From positions 37,572,001 through 37,636,000 of the forward strand of contig NC_043005.1 in the NCBI RefSeq assembly GCF_006345805.1: a stretch of DNA of 64,000 bases. The letters are read 5' to 3'. The notes under the pieces were generated by a model. The model ran no database searches. It saw only the letters and a program-made list of their open reading frames with translations, and was not told the origin of the DNA. This DNA comes from Octopus sinensis (taxonomy: Eukaryota). How positions within the stretch are numbered: position 1 is the stretch's first letter; each line of letters opens with the position of its first letter. A program made the translations under genes and the position numbers. Positions 36,548-51,207 of this stretch are shown here, one piece after another.

Positions 36548-37730
36548 CATCATTGTTTAATGTTCACTTTCCATGCGGGCAGAGTCGGATAGCTTGATAG
36601 GAGCTGGCCAGCCAGAAAGCTGTCCAGACTCCAGTTGTCTGTTTTGGCATAGCTTCCATGCCTGATGCCCTTCTTAATGCCAATCACATTACAGAGTGTG
36701 CCAGGTGCTTTTTACAAGCCATTGGCATAGGTGCATTTATGCAGCACTCGCACAAATGCATTTTACATGGCACTGGCACCTGCCTGCAATGACATGCCTA
36801 TATGTATGGATGACTGCAATTTTACTTAGCTTCCTATGTCTTCTCAAGTACAGCAAATTGCCACATCTCTCAGTAACTAGTCATGGCCTCAGTGAGGTCC
36901 AGTGCCTGAAGTTCCTTTCTCACCACTTTGTCTCCCATCTTTCTGGGTCTACCCCTTCTACAGTTTCCTGCCACAATTAATATGGTTTGAGGGTAAATGT
37001 GAAGGCTGGGAGCCACACTAGGTTCCATTGTTTATTTTGGCATAGTTTCTACAGCTGGGTGCCCTTCCTAATGTCAACCATTATACAGAGTGTATTGGGT
37101 GTTATTTACATGTCACCAGCACTGGTATCAAGCCTACTGTGGTGGATGGGTCTTCTTGAGTACAGTAAAATACCAGATATCTTGGCCCTTTGTTATTGCC
37201 TTCAGTGTCATGAGATTAGCCTTTATTACTTTGTCTTCTATCGTCCTGAGTCTCCCTTTGCCACAATTTCCGTCCACTTTATTGGCACTTTTATATGCAA
37301 CTGCCTACATCCATATGCATCACATGACCAAACCAGTGCGGCCTTTTGTCTTACACAATGCATTTAATTCCTCTTATACCCTACTTTTCTTTCATTTTGT
37401 GAATGCTCTGTCATTGCACATCCAATGGAACATACTAACTTCATTCCTCTCTAGTCTTCATTTGTCCTCTGCATTCAGGGCCCACATCTCACTACCATGT
37501 GGTATTGCTGTGCATATACATGCATCATACAATCTTTCTTTCACCCAGAGAAACAGACTTTTGGTTGCCAAAAGATGTAAAATCTCTCTTAATTTTCTCC
37601 ATCCTGTCTTATTCTAGCAATTGCACTTTCTGTACATCCACCCCCCACTGCTAATTAGGTTCCCTGTATAGCAGAAAATTTCCACTACCTCTAAAGAGCT
37701 TCCACGGCATTTGAGAAAATCGATTTCCCA
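36548..37730 (-). mobile_element. 5'-truncated RTE-clade LINE, same family as 16452-17885
   Basis: IDFLKCRGSSLEVVEIFCYTGNLISSGG followed by a decayed C-terminus and the shared 3' UTR. Confidence 0.82.
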
Positions 37731-37848
37731 AGGATCTATGGTCTTATGGCTCCTGCACTCCTTCCTCATACAAACACTTCTTTCTCTGATAACCTTCCTA
37801 TTATTCCACTGCATCTCTTGTGTGTCCATATATACACACACACATGTG

Positions 37849-37883
<35 letters not shown>

Positions 37884-38021
37884 ATTAATACCAGGCGAAT
37901 TCATGAGAATATATTCTCTTACACCTACAATTTCAGTTTACCCATGAACTGACATAAAACCTTCTGTGTGTTTCATAATATTTATATCCTTCAGGCTGCT
38001 TCTCATACTTATTTGAAAAAT

Positions 38022-38145
<124 letters not shown>

Positions 38146-38727
38146 ATATTATATATAATACATATACATGTAGAGAGAGAGAAGCTAATAAGATATGATG
38201 TCAGATGAAGGATATCTCATACTTTAGTCAGCTTTACTCTCTTCAGTATTGTCAAATAAACAGCAAGAAATTAATCTTGAATATCCAATGTTTCATAAAG
38301 CATGGTAGCTTTACAGAAATTATTCATACAAATATACATAAAAAAAAATAATTTGAAAATTTGAAAAACATTTTAATTATAGTTTCATTATACCTTAGAG
38401 GATAACTTCCTGCAAAATAAATTTACTTACCTAATTTTCATCATCATTGCTTTGATGTCTGTTTCTCCATACTTGCATGGGTCAGATGGAATTTACTGAG
38501 GCAGATTTTGTTTGGCCAGATGCCCTTTCTGTCACCATCTTCACCTATTCCAAGCAAAGTAAATTTTTCCCATGATCATGTTTTTCATGGAAGACTTAGA
38601 AATGAGCAACCTCATTTGTATGATGGTGTCAACTGCCAAGCAACATCAAGACAAGGGTACATGTGTGCACATGCACACAAACACTCACTCATACACTCAT
38701 GCAGGCATATACCACATGCCTAAAATA

Positions 38728-38953
38728 TGACCCTTCTGATCCCAGCTCTACCTAAGACTACTCCTAGTTCTGCAATATAAGCTTCCTATTTTAATGAAAA
38801 TTGAAACATTGCACCAAATATTCATGTTGATTTATGTTCTAAAAACCAGCTTCTTAAGGATAAAATTTATTTCACTAAATTCTTCATTATTTTAAACATC
38901 AATTGAAGCAAAATTAATGTATTTCAATAGAAATATGATAACAATAAAGTTAA
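38728..38953. mobile_element. Older TTAA-type MITE copy adjacent to 38993-39213
   Basis: Shares internal segments (aaa.accagct, cactaaattcttcatta); ends aaagTTAA. Confidence 0.55.
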
Positions 38954-38992
38954 GCAATCATTTTATCTTTATCAGGACTAACCTGGGATTAA

Positions 38993-39213
38993 CTCTTTTG
39001 ATAGTAACCCACTTGAGCCTATCCCTGATTTTATGATACAAATTTTCTACTTTAAATTGGTCTAAAATTAAAACCTTCCATTAAAATTTCCTGTGAATTT
39101 GTGTTCGAAATACCAGCTCAATAATGATAAAATTTTTCACTAATTCTTCATTACTTTCAAAATAAATGGAAACAGAAACGGTATATTTCATCAGAAGTGA
39201 GGTAATGAAAGGG
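38993..39213. mobile_element. TTAA-flanked (piggyBac-like) MITE
   Basis: TTAA|ctcttttgata ... taatgaaaggg|TTAA. Confidence 0.78.
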
Positions 39214-39981
39214 TTAAGGGCTTCTGAAGATACATGCGTAGTATATTTATGGACAACATTATTATTGATTACTGGTTTAAACTAGTTTGCACATTTTTTC
39301 CTTCCTTGTTTCGCAATCTCTGATTTGGTACTGGAGTGATTATATGGATGGAAAAGGCACTTTTGAATTGGAAGCTGTTAGTTACATTTCTTCTAATAAA
39401 TCTCTTCAAACAATTGCAAAAAAAAAAGTAAAGAAATGAATTGTTCAAACAATTCTTTTGTTGAATGCTCTGTAAAAATTGATATTTGCCATAAGATTTG
39501 CAAATGCCAGACATTTTCTACTGATGAAGTCTTTATTTTTATGCCTAACTAAGAATGACACATATTTTCAACAAGGTAGAATACAGCTGGCAAAATAATG
39601 CCTCTCTTGCCTTAGGGCACACCTCCATAGTTATAAAATAGCAGATTTTCATGAACTTAGAATCTGTTAAGTACCTTAATCTTCCAGCCATTGGTGTTGG
39701 TGTGGTTCTGTGTGTATGTGTGTGTGTGTGTCATTAAAGAACTGCGAGTTTGGTAAAGTTTTCAGAAACACACTTTGGAGCCATTAGCATAGTCACATTT
39801 GATATTTGTGCTGTTTGGTTGTGATCATTATTGATAATATTTATCAGCTAAGGCAAAATAGAAAAACAAATTAACATGTATATTTATGTGTATTCATGTT
39901 TGTGGAGGTAAACATATATATAAGCATGTAAGTAAGTATGTATATTCTCATCATCATCAAGGTCATTTAACATCAATGATA

Positions 39982-40019
<38 letters not shown>

Positions 40020-40602
40020 TACTTATATTCAAATATTCATATACACGCATGTCCATGTGTATCTGTGTGTATGTGTCTTCGTGCATGCGTGCACGTATGT
40101 GTGTATAAATCATCAACATCTTCATTGCTTTAACATCCTTTTTTCCATGCCTGCATGGGTCAGATGGAATTTGATGAGGTAGATTCTCTATAGGTAGATG
40201 CTCTTGCTGTTGCCAACCCTCACCTCTATCAAACCAAGGTTATATTTCTCTATGGCCAGACCTGTTTTTATGGAAGACTGGAAGTGATGAGCATAACTTG
40301 GTTGACAGTAATGCCCATTTGCAACTATCACACTACATACATACATAGTCCAAACATGTGAACATATCCTACATACAATTCCTCACTTTCTTTCTTCATC
40401 CACGTTCTTTTACTCTTTCCCTCTCTTCTCAGTTTCTCGTGAACTTTTCTCACCCCACTGAAGAAGGACTATGTCCAGAATGCAATACTCTTTACCCTTT
40501 CCATTCTTCTTTGAACATCAAACTAATAATATCAATTGGCTGTAAATATCTCTTATTTTTTTTCTGGTGTTATATTTTTGATTTACTCCCTACTATATAG
40601 CC

Positions 40603-40640
<38 letters not shown>

Positions 40641-40644
40641 TCCA

Positions 40645-41002
40645 TTCATACAGGCATGCCATTTGCTGGTGCTGGTGTCAGTGCCACATAATAAGTACTT
40701 GTGCCAGTGTCATGTAAATGGTCCTCATGCCAGTACCACATAATAGACACTTGTGCCTGTGCCTGTGCCATGTGAAATAGACTCATGCTGGTGCTATGTA
40801 ATTTCACCTGTACCAGTGGCATATAAAAAGCATCTAGCACACTCTGTAAAATGGCTGGCATTAGGAATGGCATCCAGCCATAGAAACCATGCCAAACTGA
40901 CAATTGAAGTCTGGACAGCTCTCTGGCTGGTCAGCTCCTGTCAAACTGTCCAATCCATGCCAGCATGGAAATCGAACATTAAAGTATGATGTTGATGATG
41001 AT
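40645..41002 (+). mobile_element. RTE-type 3' end
   Basis: ggcatccagccatagaaacc...caatccatgccagcatggaaatcgaacattaaagtatgatgttgatgatgat. Confidence 0.78.
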
Positions 41003-41224
41003 ATATATAGTATACATATCTATGTACATATTCCCAAATAACACTGATTTTAGTGCTGTTGACACCACCAGATTGAATGGTACTGCCCAGGTGTCAAAAC
41101 CACAGTGATATTCATGGGGCAGCTGACGATGGAGGTATGCTGGACGTTGGTATGGCTGTTGTTGTATGTGTAGAATAGTATTATAATGCATCCATTTGAT
41201 ACACACACACGCACACACTCATAC

Positions 41225-41270
<46 letters not shown>

Positions 41271-44061
41271 TTATATAAAACACAGGTATAAGCTTGTAAG
41301 CAGTTGCAAATTCTCTCATGAGACATTATTACTGTTGTTTTGTTGTTATTACAGTAATTTACATTTGGGAAGATCTCTGATTGAAACAATTATCATTCTT
41401 CTGCTGTTCCTATTTAATTATACACCACTAAAGGTAAAACAGAAACATCCATCTATGAGGTGTTGATAATAATTAAAGATTAATAATTATTTCTTATAAT
41501 TAATTACACACGGTTCCTTACATTATAATTACACATGTAATTATGAGCTGTTATTTAATAATTATTACTGAAAATACTAATTTCCAACGTATTTGTATTG
41601 CTTCAGATTTTTAAGGAGAGGAAACAGGAAATATAGATGTACCATAATCAAACAATGTAATGTAATTCAAATTGAGAATTTTAACTGATCTCTGAACCCA
41701 AGGTGTTGAGTATGTATGCCCATTATGACTGTGAGGGTTATGATACCTCATAGCATTTGACCTGACTCTCTACTCTCTGGGTTCAGTTCCTGTCAAAGTC
41801 AGTTTTGTCTTTCAGAATTTTCGTGTTAATGAGAAGACACCAATGCAGGTTGGTGAATTGGTACAATTATTAGAGGGCTGGTTGAGATGTTTTGCAGTAG
41901 ATTTTCTGGCTTTTTTTTGGCATTTCTGGCAGCAATGTTTGTGATGACTTGATGCTAAGTTTTGCTGGCCCAAGTCAATGACCTGTGCTGCAGATAAACA
42001 TTGATGTTGTGGAGAAGAGAAACTTACATATATGGACAGCTGTGAGTCTTCCTAAAATAAAAAGTGGACCCAAGCTTGTATACATATATGTGCAGTTGTA
42101 TGATCTCCCTTGACTAATGAAAGTCCAACAGCATCACAATGGTAATTGCACAGCTGAAAACTGTTAATCATATAAGAGAACTAATGATAAATATATTTTC
42201 TATTTTAGAATATGTTGTAACTTTAGCGATATTGTCATTAGTGTTAACTCATATGCAAGTAGTAGATCTCTAATGAGATCTTGATGGGTACAAAGGGTGC
42301 TGGTGCCTGAGGTAGCTGTTCATGCCAAGGGTGGTATAGAAGAGCCAGCAAGGCTCTTCTATAGCAGGGGACAGTTGATGGAGTACAAGGAAGTGCAAGC
42401 TGCTCTTTGTCTCTTCAGCATTTGATCTCTGTCTCTTGACATCTGTTATTTTCCTTCTGGTCTGATCCCTTGATGATGATGACTGGCCACCACTTTGGGT
42501 GGTCTTACGTAATCTAACATTTAAATGATATAAACAATACCTGTATGACCATGTGCAATAATTACAAACAAACCCATCAAGTATTCCACATTTTGTGGGA
42601 TCGTTTCTTTGCAGTTGCTTGTGCTGCTAGAAATAACTGCCAAATCTCCTTCAACTCACACTCCACACCAGGAGTTCTCAAAATTTTCTTTCCTTCAAAC
42701 TTTGTAATTGTTGGCACCGTTGATGTACCCCTTGTAAGAAATGGTGTAGCATGTGACAATCATTAATATTTGGCAGTCTTGTGTAGAATGGTTGGATATC
42801 ATAAAAGAGATAGTAATGAGAACCATTTTATAAATACCATAAAACAGACAATATATATATTCTGTTACTAATTATTATATATCAAAGTTAAGACTTCCAA
42901 ACAATATAATTGGCTATTTTTAAAAATCTAGTTTACCTAATCTGAGGATCCACCATTATAAGTAGTTGATTATGATTACTTTTAAACTTTAGTTGTTTCA
43001 ACAAATCTAATACAGCCCCTTAATTTTGATTGATAACTCCTAGTACATGCATCCTGGTTTGAGAATTTCTTGTACTACCATCTTAAAAAGAAAGAAATGA
43101 TATGGTAGATTAAGTAGTTCTGGATACAATGTATAAAATTAAGACAACCCTGGCTTTTTACACAGCATTGAGAAAAGTTACAACAATGATGAAAAATTAA
43201 TGCCTGTCACTCCAAAAGAATTGTTTCACTTGCCTATGACTTACTTCAGGTGTTTTTAACACCAGATGCATTGAGAGTATATTCTCTTGTGCCTCAAAAT
43301 ACAGGTTACCCACGAACTAACAACACACATCTTATGTATGTGTGTCTGATTCTGCTTATATACCTCAAGGTGCTTCTAATTCATATTTTAATGTGTGTGT
43401 GTGTGTGTGTGTGTGATTGTATGTGTACATGTGTACTTTTGTCTTGGCATCACATGGAGATTGTAAGCTAGCATCACCATCGAAGCAATGAAATTCATTT
43501 CTAGTCTTCTATGGAAACAATATCTGGCCAGGGGGAAATATTTCCTTGCTTAGAAGCAGGTGAAGTTTGGCAGCAAGAAGGGCATCCAACTATAAAAAAA
43601 CCTGCCTCAACAAAATCAGTCTGACCCATGCAAGAATAGAAAAGTGGATGATAAATGATGATGATGATGATAAAAAGCAAGAGATTCATTACTCAAATTT
43701 GATTCCAACAAGAAACTTCGGTAGTAACATTTGTCTAAATTCTGTTACTTGCTCTCTATCATACATTCCGTAGACGTATTCAGCCTATGAATATTTTTGC
43801 TGTCAATTATTACGTCGTTTATCAACCTAGAAAATTATCATTTATCAGAATTTAGTTTGATGAAAAATACGAGATGATATTCATCTGTTTATGTGCATAT
43901 ACACATGTGACAGCCCCACCACACGAACACAGAGAGACACAATTGTATTCATACATTGTATTTATACATGTATGTATGTGTGTATTTAAATGGATGTTAG
44001 TGAACATACAAGAATATATATATATATATATACATATATATATACATATATATATATATAT

Positions 44062-44097
<36 letters not shown>

Positions 44098-44099
<2 letters not shown>

Positions 44100-44270
44100 T
44101 CATCATCATCATCATCGTCGTTTAACGTCCGTTTTCTGTGCTAGCATGGGTTGGACGGTTCGACCGGGGTCTGGGAAGCCAGGGGCTGCACCAGGCTCCA
44201 GTCTGATCTGGCAGAGTTACTACAGCTGGATGCCCTTCCTAACGCCAACCACTCCGCGAGTGTAGTGACC
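44098..44270 (-). mobile_element. Young short RTE-type 3' end
   Basis: (cat)n cgtcgtttaacgtccgttttctgtgctagcatgggttggacgg with CpGs retained. Confidence 0.88.
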
Positions 44271-44296
44271 ACATTTATATATGTGTGTGCATATAT

Positions 44297-44512
44297 TCTT
44301 TCTTTTGTTCTTTTACTTGTTTCAGTCATTTGAAGCCATGCTGGAGCACCACATTTACACAAACAAATCAACCCCAGAACTTATTCTTTGTAAGCCTAGT
44401 ACTTATCGTAACAGTCTCTTTTTGCCGAACCACTAGGTGACAGGGACATAAACATACCAAAATTAGTTGTCAAGCGATGGTGGAGGGACAAACTCAGACA
44501 CAAGTAATTAAC

Positions 44513-44575
<63 letters not shown>

Positions 44576-44742
44576 CACACGATGAGCTTCTTTCAGTTTC
44601 TGTCTACCAAATTCACCCAAAGGGCTTTGGTTGGCCTGAGTCTATTGCAGAAAACACTTACCCAAGGTGCCACATGGTAGGACTGAATGCAGAACCATGT
44701 GGTTGGGAAGCAAGCTTCTTACCAAACAGCTACTCCTGCATA
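44297..44742 (-). mobile_element. SINE family A, near full length
   Basis: Colinear with 7897-8345. Confidence 0.87.
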
Positions 44743-45316
44743 TATACATATAACTAAAGAGGAGGCGTATTTCCATGCTGGAAAAAATATAGGCAAACTT
44801 GTTGATGAAAATGCTCCTAAATTTGATAAAAATGGAATTGTTTAAAATAAATTTATTTATATTCATGTATATTCAAACATAGAAAGAATTTTGCTGTGGA
44901 AAGTGTCTCAGGAGACAAATTCTCCTTCTAGACAAAACAGTGTTTCTGGGATTTTTTTTTATACTTCTTCAGCTACAGACACTGAATATTTATTATTTGT
45001 GGCCTACCCAGAACATTTGTTCTTATATTAGACCAGCAAATAATAGATTTGTTGATCTGTGCAAAGCTTGGTCGAAATGAAATGAATTAATTAGAGCAGT
45101 GAGATTAAAATAAACACCAGTGATTAAAATATAGCTGCATACAGTTATATTTAACATCTTCATATACACACAAAAGTAGACATGTATAAAATATATATAG
45201 TTCAAATTTGCAGAAACAAAAGATGAAGATAGGTGAGGAAACAACAAGCAAGTGTTTTAGCTTGACACTCAGGAAGAAGAATGGAAAGGTGTTTAGCATT
45301 TTGAGCATGTGTGTGT

Positions 45317-45358
<42 letters not shown>

Positions 45359-45559
45359 TGGCAAAATTGTTGTTATTTTATATTTTTAATTTCACACATG
45401 TGCATTGTTTCTTTTTGTTCTTGTCAACTACATAGTCTAGTAGGGTCAGTTGGGCACTGTCTGTTAAAAAATCAGCACCATGATACAATTCACTTTGCTA
45501 GTAATTTGACTTGCTGTACTGCTTGGTATTCATGCTGGAAGATCCAATACAAACATTTC

Positions 45560-46190
45560 AGAGTGTTTCAGGACATGTCAATTTGAGGACATGTACTGAG
45601 AGTGATAAAAATCAAACATCCAGTCAACATCATAGTGTTTGAGTGATCACTAGTGATGGTGACGTTATGCCTCCATTCATAGCCTCACACTCAACACAGA
45701 GGCCTACATCAAGTGCCTGGAGGAGGTAGTGCTGCCCTGGGTCAAGAAGGTTGCTACTGGGAGACCCTGTGTCTAGCAACAGGACTCTGCACCATGCCAC
45801 ACAAGTAGGAGGAACCAATCATAGCTGTCAGACAATTTCTATGACCACATCACCCCTAAGATCTGGCCTCCTAACTTCCCAGACTGCAACCCCCTTGATT
45901 ATTATGCATTTGAATGAGAGACCAACAAAACTCCTTGTAACACTAATTATGAACTGATGGCAAGAATTATGGCAGCATTCACCAACTTAAACATTTAGAA
46001 GAGTTCCAAATTCGTCTAGAGGCCATGGTTGAAACCAATGTTGATTTTATTATAAATTTACTCCTTAATATTTCAAGATATTTTTAATGCAGTTTTGGTA
46101 AATATATCTGTTAAAATGAGATGTGAGTGTTATTTTCATATTTGCCCAATTTAGACAACAGTTTATTCACCGCTATTAACCGCACACTGT
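45560..46190 (+). mobile_element. Tc1/mariner DD37D (maT-type) transposase pseudogene fragment
   Basis: KIKHPVNIIVF..ITSDGDVMPPFI, then AYIKCLEEVVLPWVKKVATGRPCV*QQDSAPCHTSRRNQS*LSDNFYDHITPKIWPPNFPDCNPLDYY. I count 37 codons between D(45783) and D(45897). Confidence 0.88.
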
Positions 46191-47008
46191 ATGTATATAT
46201 ATATATAGATATACATATACACATACACTGATATATATATGCATATATGCATACAAATATTAGTTTGTTTTTATATTATAATAAAAACAATTTTACATCA
46301 AATTGAAGGTTTACACAATACTTTTGGTAAAGAAAAATTTATTATTCTTTAACAAGAATTGTATTGACAGAAACTTCGAAGTTTCAGCCAGCTAACCATC
46401 ACACATGTTGTTTCACACAGAGTTTATTAACTTCCATTGAGTCCAACCTTGCATTTCATGGCCATCGTGGCCAACTTTGCTTTTCATCATTTCATGGTCG
46501 CTAAATAAACTATCAGTTTTGTACTGGGTTCATTCTTTTCTTTTCATTTACTTCCTCTTCTTTTTTTCTCTATCTATCTATTTCTCTCTTTTTAGAAGAA
46601 ATTGACTTTAACTTGCACTAGGGTACTGTTTAAAGTTCTGGATTGGGCTCTGCCAGTTCTTAATACATGATCAGGATATACTGTATGACAAAACAGCTTC
46701 ACCCTATAATTCCACCAAAGAGTTAAGTGTCTATGGCATGGTACACATATATACACGCATGTGAGTGTGTGTGTGTGTGCGCGCTTGTGTGTGTTTGTGT
46801 GTGTGTGTGTATTTGTATATAAGGTATTGATCTGTGATAGTAAGATCAAGGAAAAAATACTTCATTGGGTGAGAGATAAATATTATTTCATCAACACAGT
46901 ACATCTTTTTATGTGCTACTACTAGTTTCATGTGCTGAGAACATGTCAAACAATGTTTAATAACATGTCTAACATATCTCTCTCTCTCTCTCTCTCGCTA
47001 TATATATA

Positions 47009-47064
<56 letters not shown>

Positions 47065-47248
47065 ATATATATAGGTGAGATAACTATCCAATACCAAGTC
47101 ATATAGGAGGGTGCTATAAGAAGCATGGATGCTGCTGACACAAACCCAGGTGAAGCCAACTGTCGGTGCTATAACCTCATGCACAGGGATTGCTGGCATT
47201 TTAGTAGCAATGGACAGTGATGGTCTCCCTTGGTCATGAGTAAACAGT

Positions 47249-47296
<48 letters not shown>

Positions 47297-48078
47297 ATAT
47301 ATAATATATATATATATACTTTATTTAAAGCAGCAGAAAATTCAACAAAACCTGTTTGATTGATAACTCCTAGTACATGCATCATATCCTGGTTTGAGAA
47401 TTTCTTCTACTACCATCTTAACTATTACATACACACACACACACACACTTGTATACATACTATTATCAATATTGTAAAAAATAGTGATGATGAATTAAAT
47501 ATATTTTCTCTAGATATATTAGATATATGTATATGTGTATGTGTGTGTGTATATATATACACACACATACATATATATGTGTGTGTTTCTGGGTGTATAT
47601 ATATGTGTTTGTTTCATGTGTCTATGTATGTAATGTACGTGTATAATAAAGCATATATGTATTACATTTTAATTTAGATATATCGAGAAGCTTACATCAT
47701 ACTTTATATATCTATAATGGGCCAAGAGATGAAATTATTCACAAACACAGCTATAAACTCAAAACCACATACACACATACATACATCATTAAATCTGCAT
47801 ACATTTTGCATATTACCAGAGACAGATGAATATAGAAATTAGAGAGATAGAATGAAAATGTGGGTGGGGGGAGGAGGGAAGGCACAAGTAAGACTGATTT
47901 AAGTCTACAAAGTAGATCTTGTAATTGAGGGAGTGGGAAGTGATGGGGTTGCAGGAACTATTCTCTTTATTGAATTTTGGTTATTAAATTTGGTGTTTAT
48001 ATTCGGAAGCAAGAGAGAAATTTTTGCCTAAATTTAGACTCAAGCTCAGGAAACAAATTTTCTCACGTTTTTATTTAC

Positions 48079-48127
<49 letters not shown>

Positions 48128-48226
48128 CATCACCATCATCATCAACAACATTGTGCTCATCATCATCATTGTTGTTTTCATTTTTCTTCTCATTATTATT
48201 ATTATTATTTATTATTATTATTATTA

Positions 48227-48261
<35 letters not shown>

Positions 48262-48322
48262 CATCACCATCATCATCAACAACATTGTGCTCATCATCAT
48301 CATTGTTGTTTTCATTTTTCTT

Positions 48323-48395
<73 letters not shown>

Positions 48396-48400
48396 GTATC
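48079..48400. repeat. (ATT)n microsatellite containing two identical copies of a unit of about 66 bp
   Basis: tcatcaccatcatcatcaacaacattgtgctcatc...ttttcttctc at 48127 and 48261 (period 134). Confidence 0.92.
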
Positions 48401-48841
48401 ATTATTGTTGTTGTTGTTTATTTATTTTTAATCTTGCTTCAATTGATTTCTAAGTGTGAGACATAAATATATATATACATTTCACTGATAGCTGCTGCAT
48501 TTGATATGGAGGGAAAGTTAGGACATGATGTGTAAGAATATATTCGCTGCTGCTCGGTGACTGATTTTTATCTTCTAAAATAAAATAAAACAGTTTAAAG
48601 CAGACATGGAGCAAGATTTATTTTAGAATGTGATAATAGCTGATGGCTGCTGCTGTGGTCGATATATATATTGCTAGTAAGTAATAGAGCGAAATAGTTA
48701 GATGTGAAGATAGCTATGACCAACGTCGGGTTAAAGCTTGATAAAAGAGAGCGTAGAAGTAATGCTAGAAATAAACGCCAATGAAAGTTATATGATAGAA
48801 TTAAAACAATGAAGTTATTTGCTTACATAATTGAGATTGTA

Positions 48842-49075
48842 AAAGGCGGCGAGCTGGCAGAATCGTTAGCACGCTGGGTGAAATGCTTAGTGGTACTTCA
48901 TCTGCCGTTATTTTCTGAGTTCAAATTCCACCGAGGTCGACTTTGCCTTTCATCCTTTCGGGGTCGATAAACTAAGTACCAGTTATGCACTGGGGTCGAT
49001 GTAATCGACATAATCCCTTTGTCTGTCCTTGTTTGTCCCCTCTATGTTTAGCCCCTTGTGGGCAATAAGGAAATA
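48842..49075 (+). mobile_element. SINE family B with 15-bp TSD
   Basis: TSD ataattgagattgta (48827-48841) / ataattgagtttgta (49076-49090), one mismatch. Confidence 0.93.
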
Positions 49076-49215
49076 ATAATTGAGTTTGTAGCCATATTGG
49101 AAGCAGAATAAGGAAATAGGTATTTGACACTAGAACTATGCTAAGGTGCAAGGGATTGAGGTTAGGAAGATGGAACTAGATATTATAAGCTTTTGCACTC
49201 TGTGAACTGAAATGT

Positions 49216-49543
49216 AACTGGCATTCCGCCACTTACAATGAAAAGGGTTCAAGTTGCTCTAGTCAACAGAACAACCTGCTCGTGAAATAAACGTGCAAGT
49301 GGCTGAGCACTCCACAGACATGCATACCCTTAATGTAGTTCTCAGGGAGTTTCAGCATGACACAAAATGTGACAAAGCTGGCTCTTTGAAATATAGGTAC
49401 AACTCATTTTTGTCAGCTGAGTGAACTGGGGCAACATGAAATAAAGTGTCTTGTTCGAGGAACACAATGCACCATTGCAAATCGAACTCATGATCTTACA
49501 ATCATGAGCCGAATACCCTTACCACTTAGCCACTCACTTTCAT
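49216..49543 (-). mobile_element. SINE family C, uninterrupted
   Basis: Minus-strand head gtggctaagtggtaagggtattcggctcatgat...gagttcgattt has A- and B-box-like motifs. Confidence 0.85.
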
Positions 49544-49688
49544 GAGCTGAAATGTAGACAAATGCTAACCCCATGTATACTACTCCATCTTCATTGCTGA
49601 TGATACAGGCTTGGCAGACTGATGGCTAATTTGGTAACTAGAGTTTTAGTTGTTTCTTAAAATGAAGGTTGTGTGTTTATTTCATTAA

Positions 49689-49910
49689 TCCATTAGCATT
49701 CAGATCATTCTATCAAATATAATGCTTAATTAGTCACATCATTTTGTACTAATTATGTATTATCTCATAGCTTAGAGATTTCGATGATGTGATTATTTAA
49801 TTTTTTAGAATGACATTGCAGGGTAGGTGTGAGAGACCAGATTTGGCTGGTTTAAACATAAAACAGGTAGAATATTTTGGTTAGATATGGCTGGTTTAAA
49901 TGCTAACAGG
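49689..49910. mobile_element. TTAA-flanked (piggyBac-like) MITE, second family
   Basis: TTAA|tccattagcatt ... aatgctaacagg|TTAA. Confidence 0.8.
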
Positions 49911-51207
49911 TTAAATAAGTGGATATTGACAAATGGGAACCATTTTGTATTTCCTATGAAAGTTTGTGTGTAGCATGATGGTTTATGAATGTTGTGTTAC
50001 AAATCAACGTTGCTATTGGAGATGGCCGGGTGTGAGCTAGTGATGTCAAAAATTAGTTTATCTTGAATTTTGTAGGGTGTACGTACAAAGTGGTATATTT
50101 GTTTAATCTAAGTTCAGTTGAGCTCTTATTATTGAGAATAACCTGCAGAATTATTAGCATGCTGAGCAGAGTGCTTAGCGACATTTCATCTGTCCTTATG
50201 TTCTGAGTTCAAATTCTGTCGAGGTCAGCCTTATCATTCATCCTTTCAGGGTCAATGAAATGAGTTCCAGTTACGTACTGGTGGAGTTGATGTAACTGAC
50301 TAGCCCTCTTCCCCAATATTTCGGGCCTTGTGCCTATAGTGGAATGGATTATTACAATCCTCCACCTCATTATCCCCCTCCTCCTCATCTCCCCCTCCTC
50401 ATCCCCTCCCCTCCTCCTCATTATTTATAATTTTATTGATTATTAAATATGTAGAGTAGAGAGAGTGTGTCATTGATGAGGTCACAAATGGCAATGAAGA
50501 GACTTTGATAAACCAACCTGATTGATTGATCGACAGAATGGTTAACCAAACAATCAATTAATTAGTTAAATGATTAACTAGTTGACAAATAGCAATAAAG
50601 AAGTGAAATAATACCAAAGCACATATTTATTATTGGCATAATGACCCACCCAAGATACAACAATATATGTTTCAACACAAGCTTTCACACATGAGTTCAC
50701 ATCAAGAATCTTGCTGAACAAATACAAAAACAAACTGCCTTTCAGAATTTGTCTGGCATTATAATGCTGGTATATTAATTATAGTTGTTATTGTAACACA
50801 AGATATATTTTGAGCATTATTATAGTTATAGATGTTGTTAATTTCTTTAGAAAGTGTTTTACTGTTAGCATTGAGGTTTATGTTAGATATTATTTTTTTA
50901 TATATTTATTTAATTATCTATTTATCGAATCCATTGCAGTAGTGATTTATATAAGTATGCCAGTGTATATAAAGAATAATGCTATGAACCATCTGTCTGT
51001 GGGAATCGGTTTAGTACTATCAGTCTAAAGTATGCTAGGTCAAATCAATAAAGTAAAAAATACTTGTGTTCAACCATTCCCATCAAAGAAATTCATACAA
51101 CAAAAATATCTTTACAACATCTTACATTAACTGAATAATAATAATAATAATAATAATGATAATAATAAGAAGAAGAAGAAGAATAAGAATAAGAATAATA
51201 ATAATAA

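Noticed and set aside
48842-48935. tRNA-like A/B-box heads of SINE families A, B and C as tRNA genes
   Set aside because: They continue into family-specific bodies, have TSDs and do not form complete cloverleaves, so they are SINE promoters.
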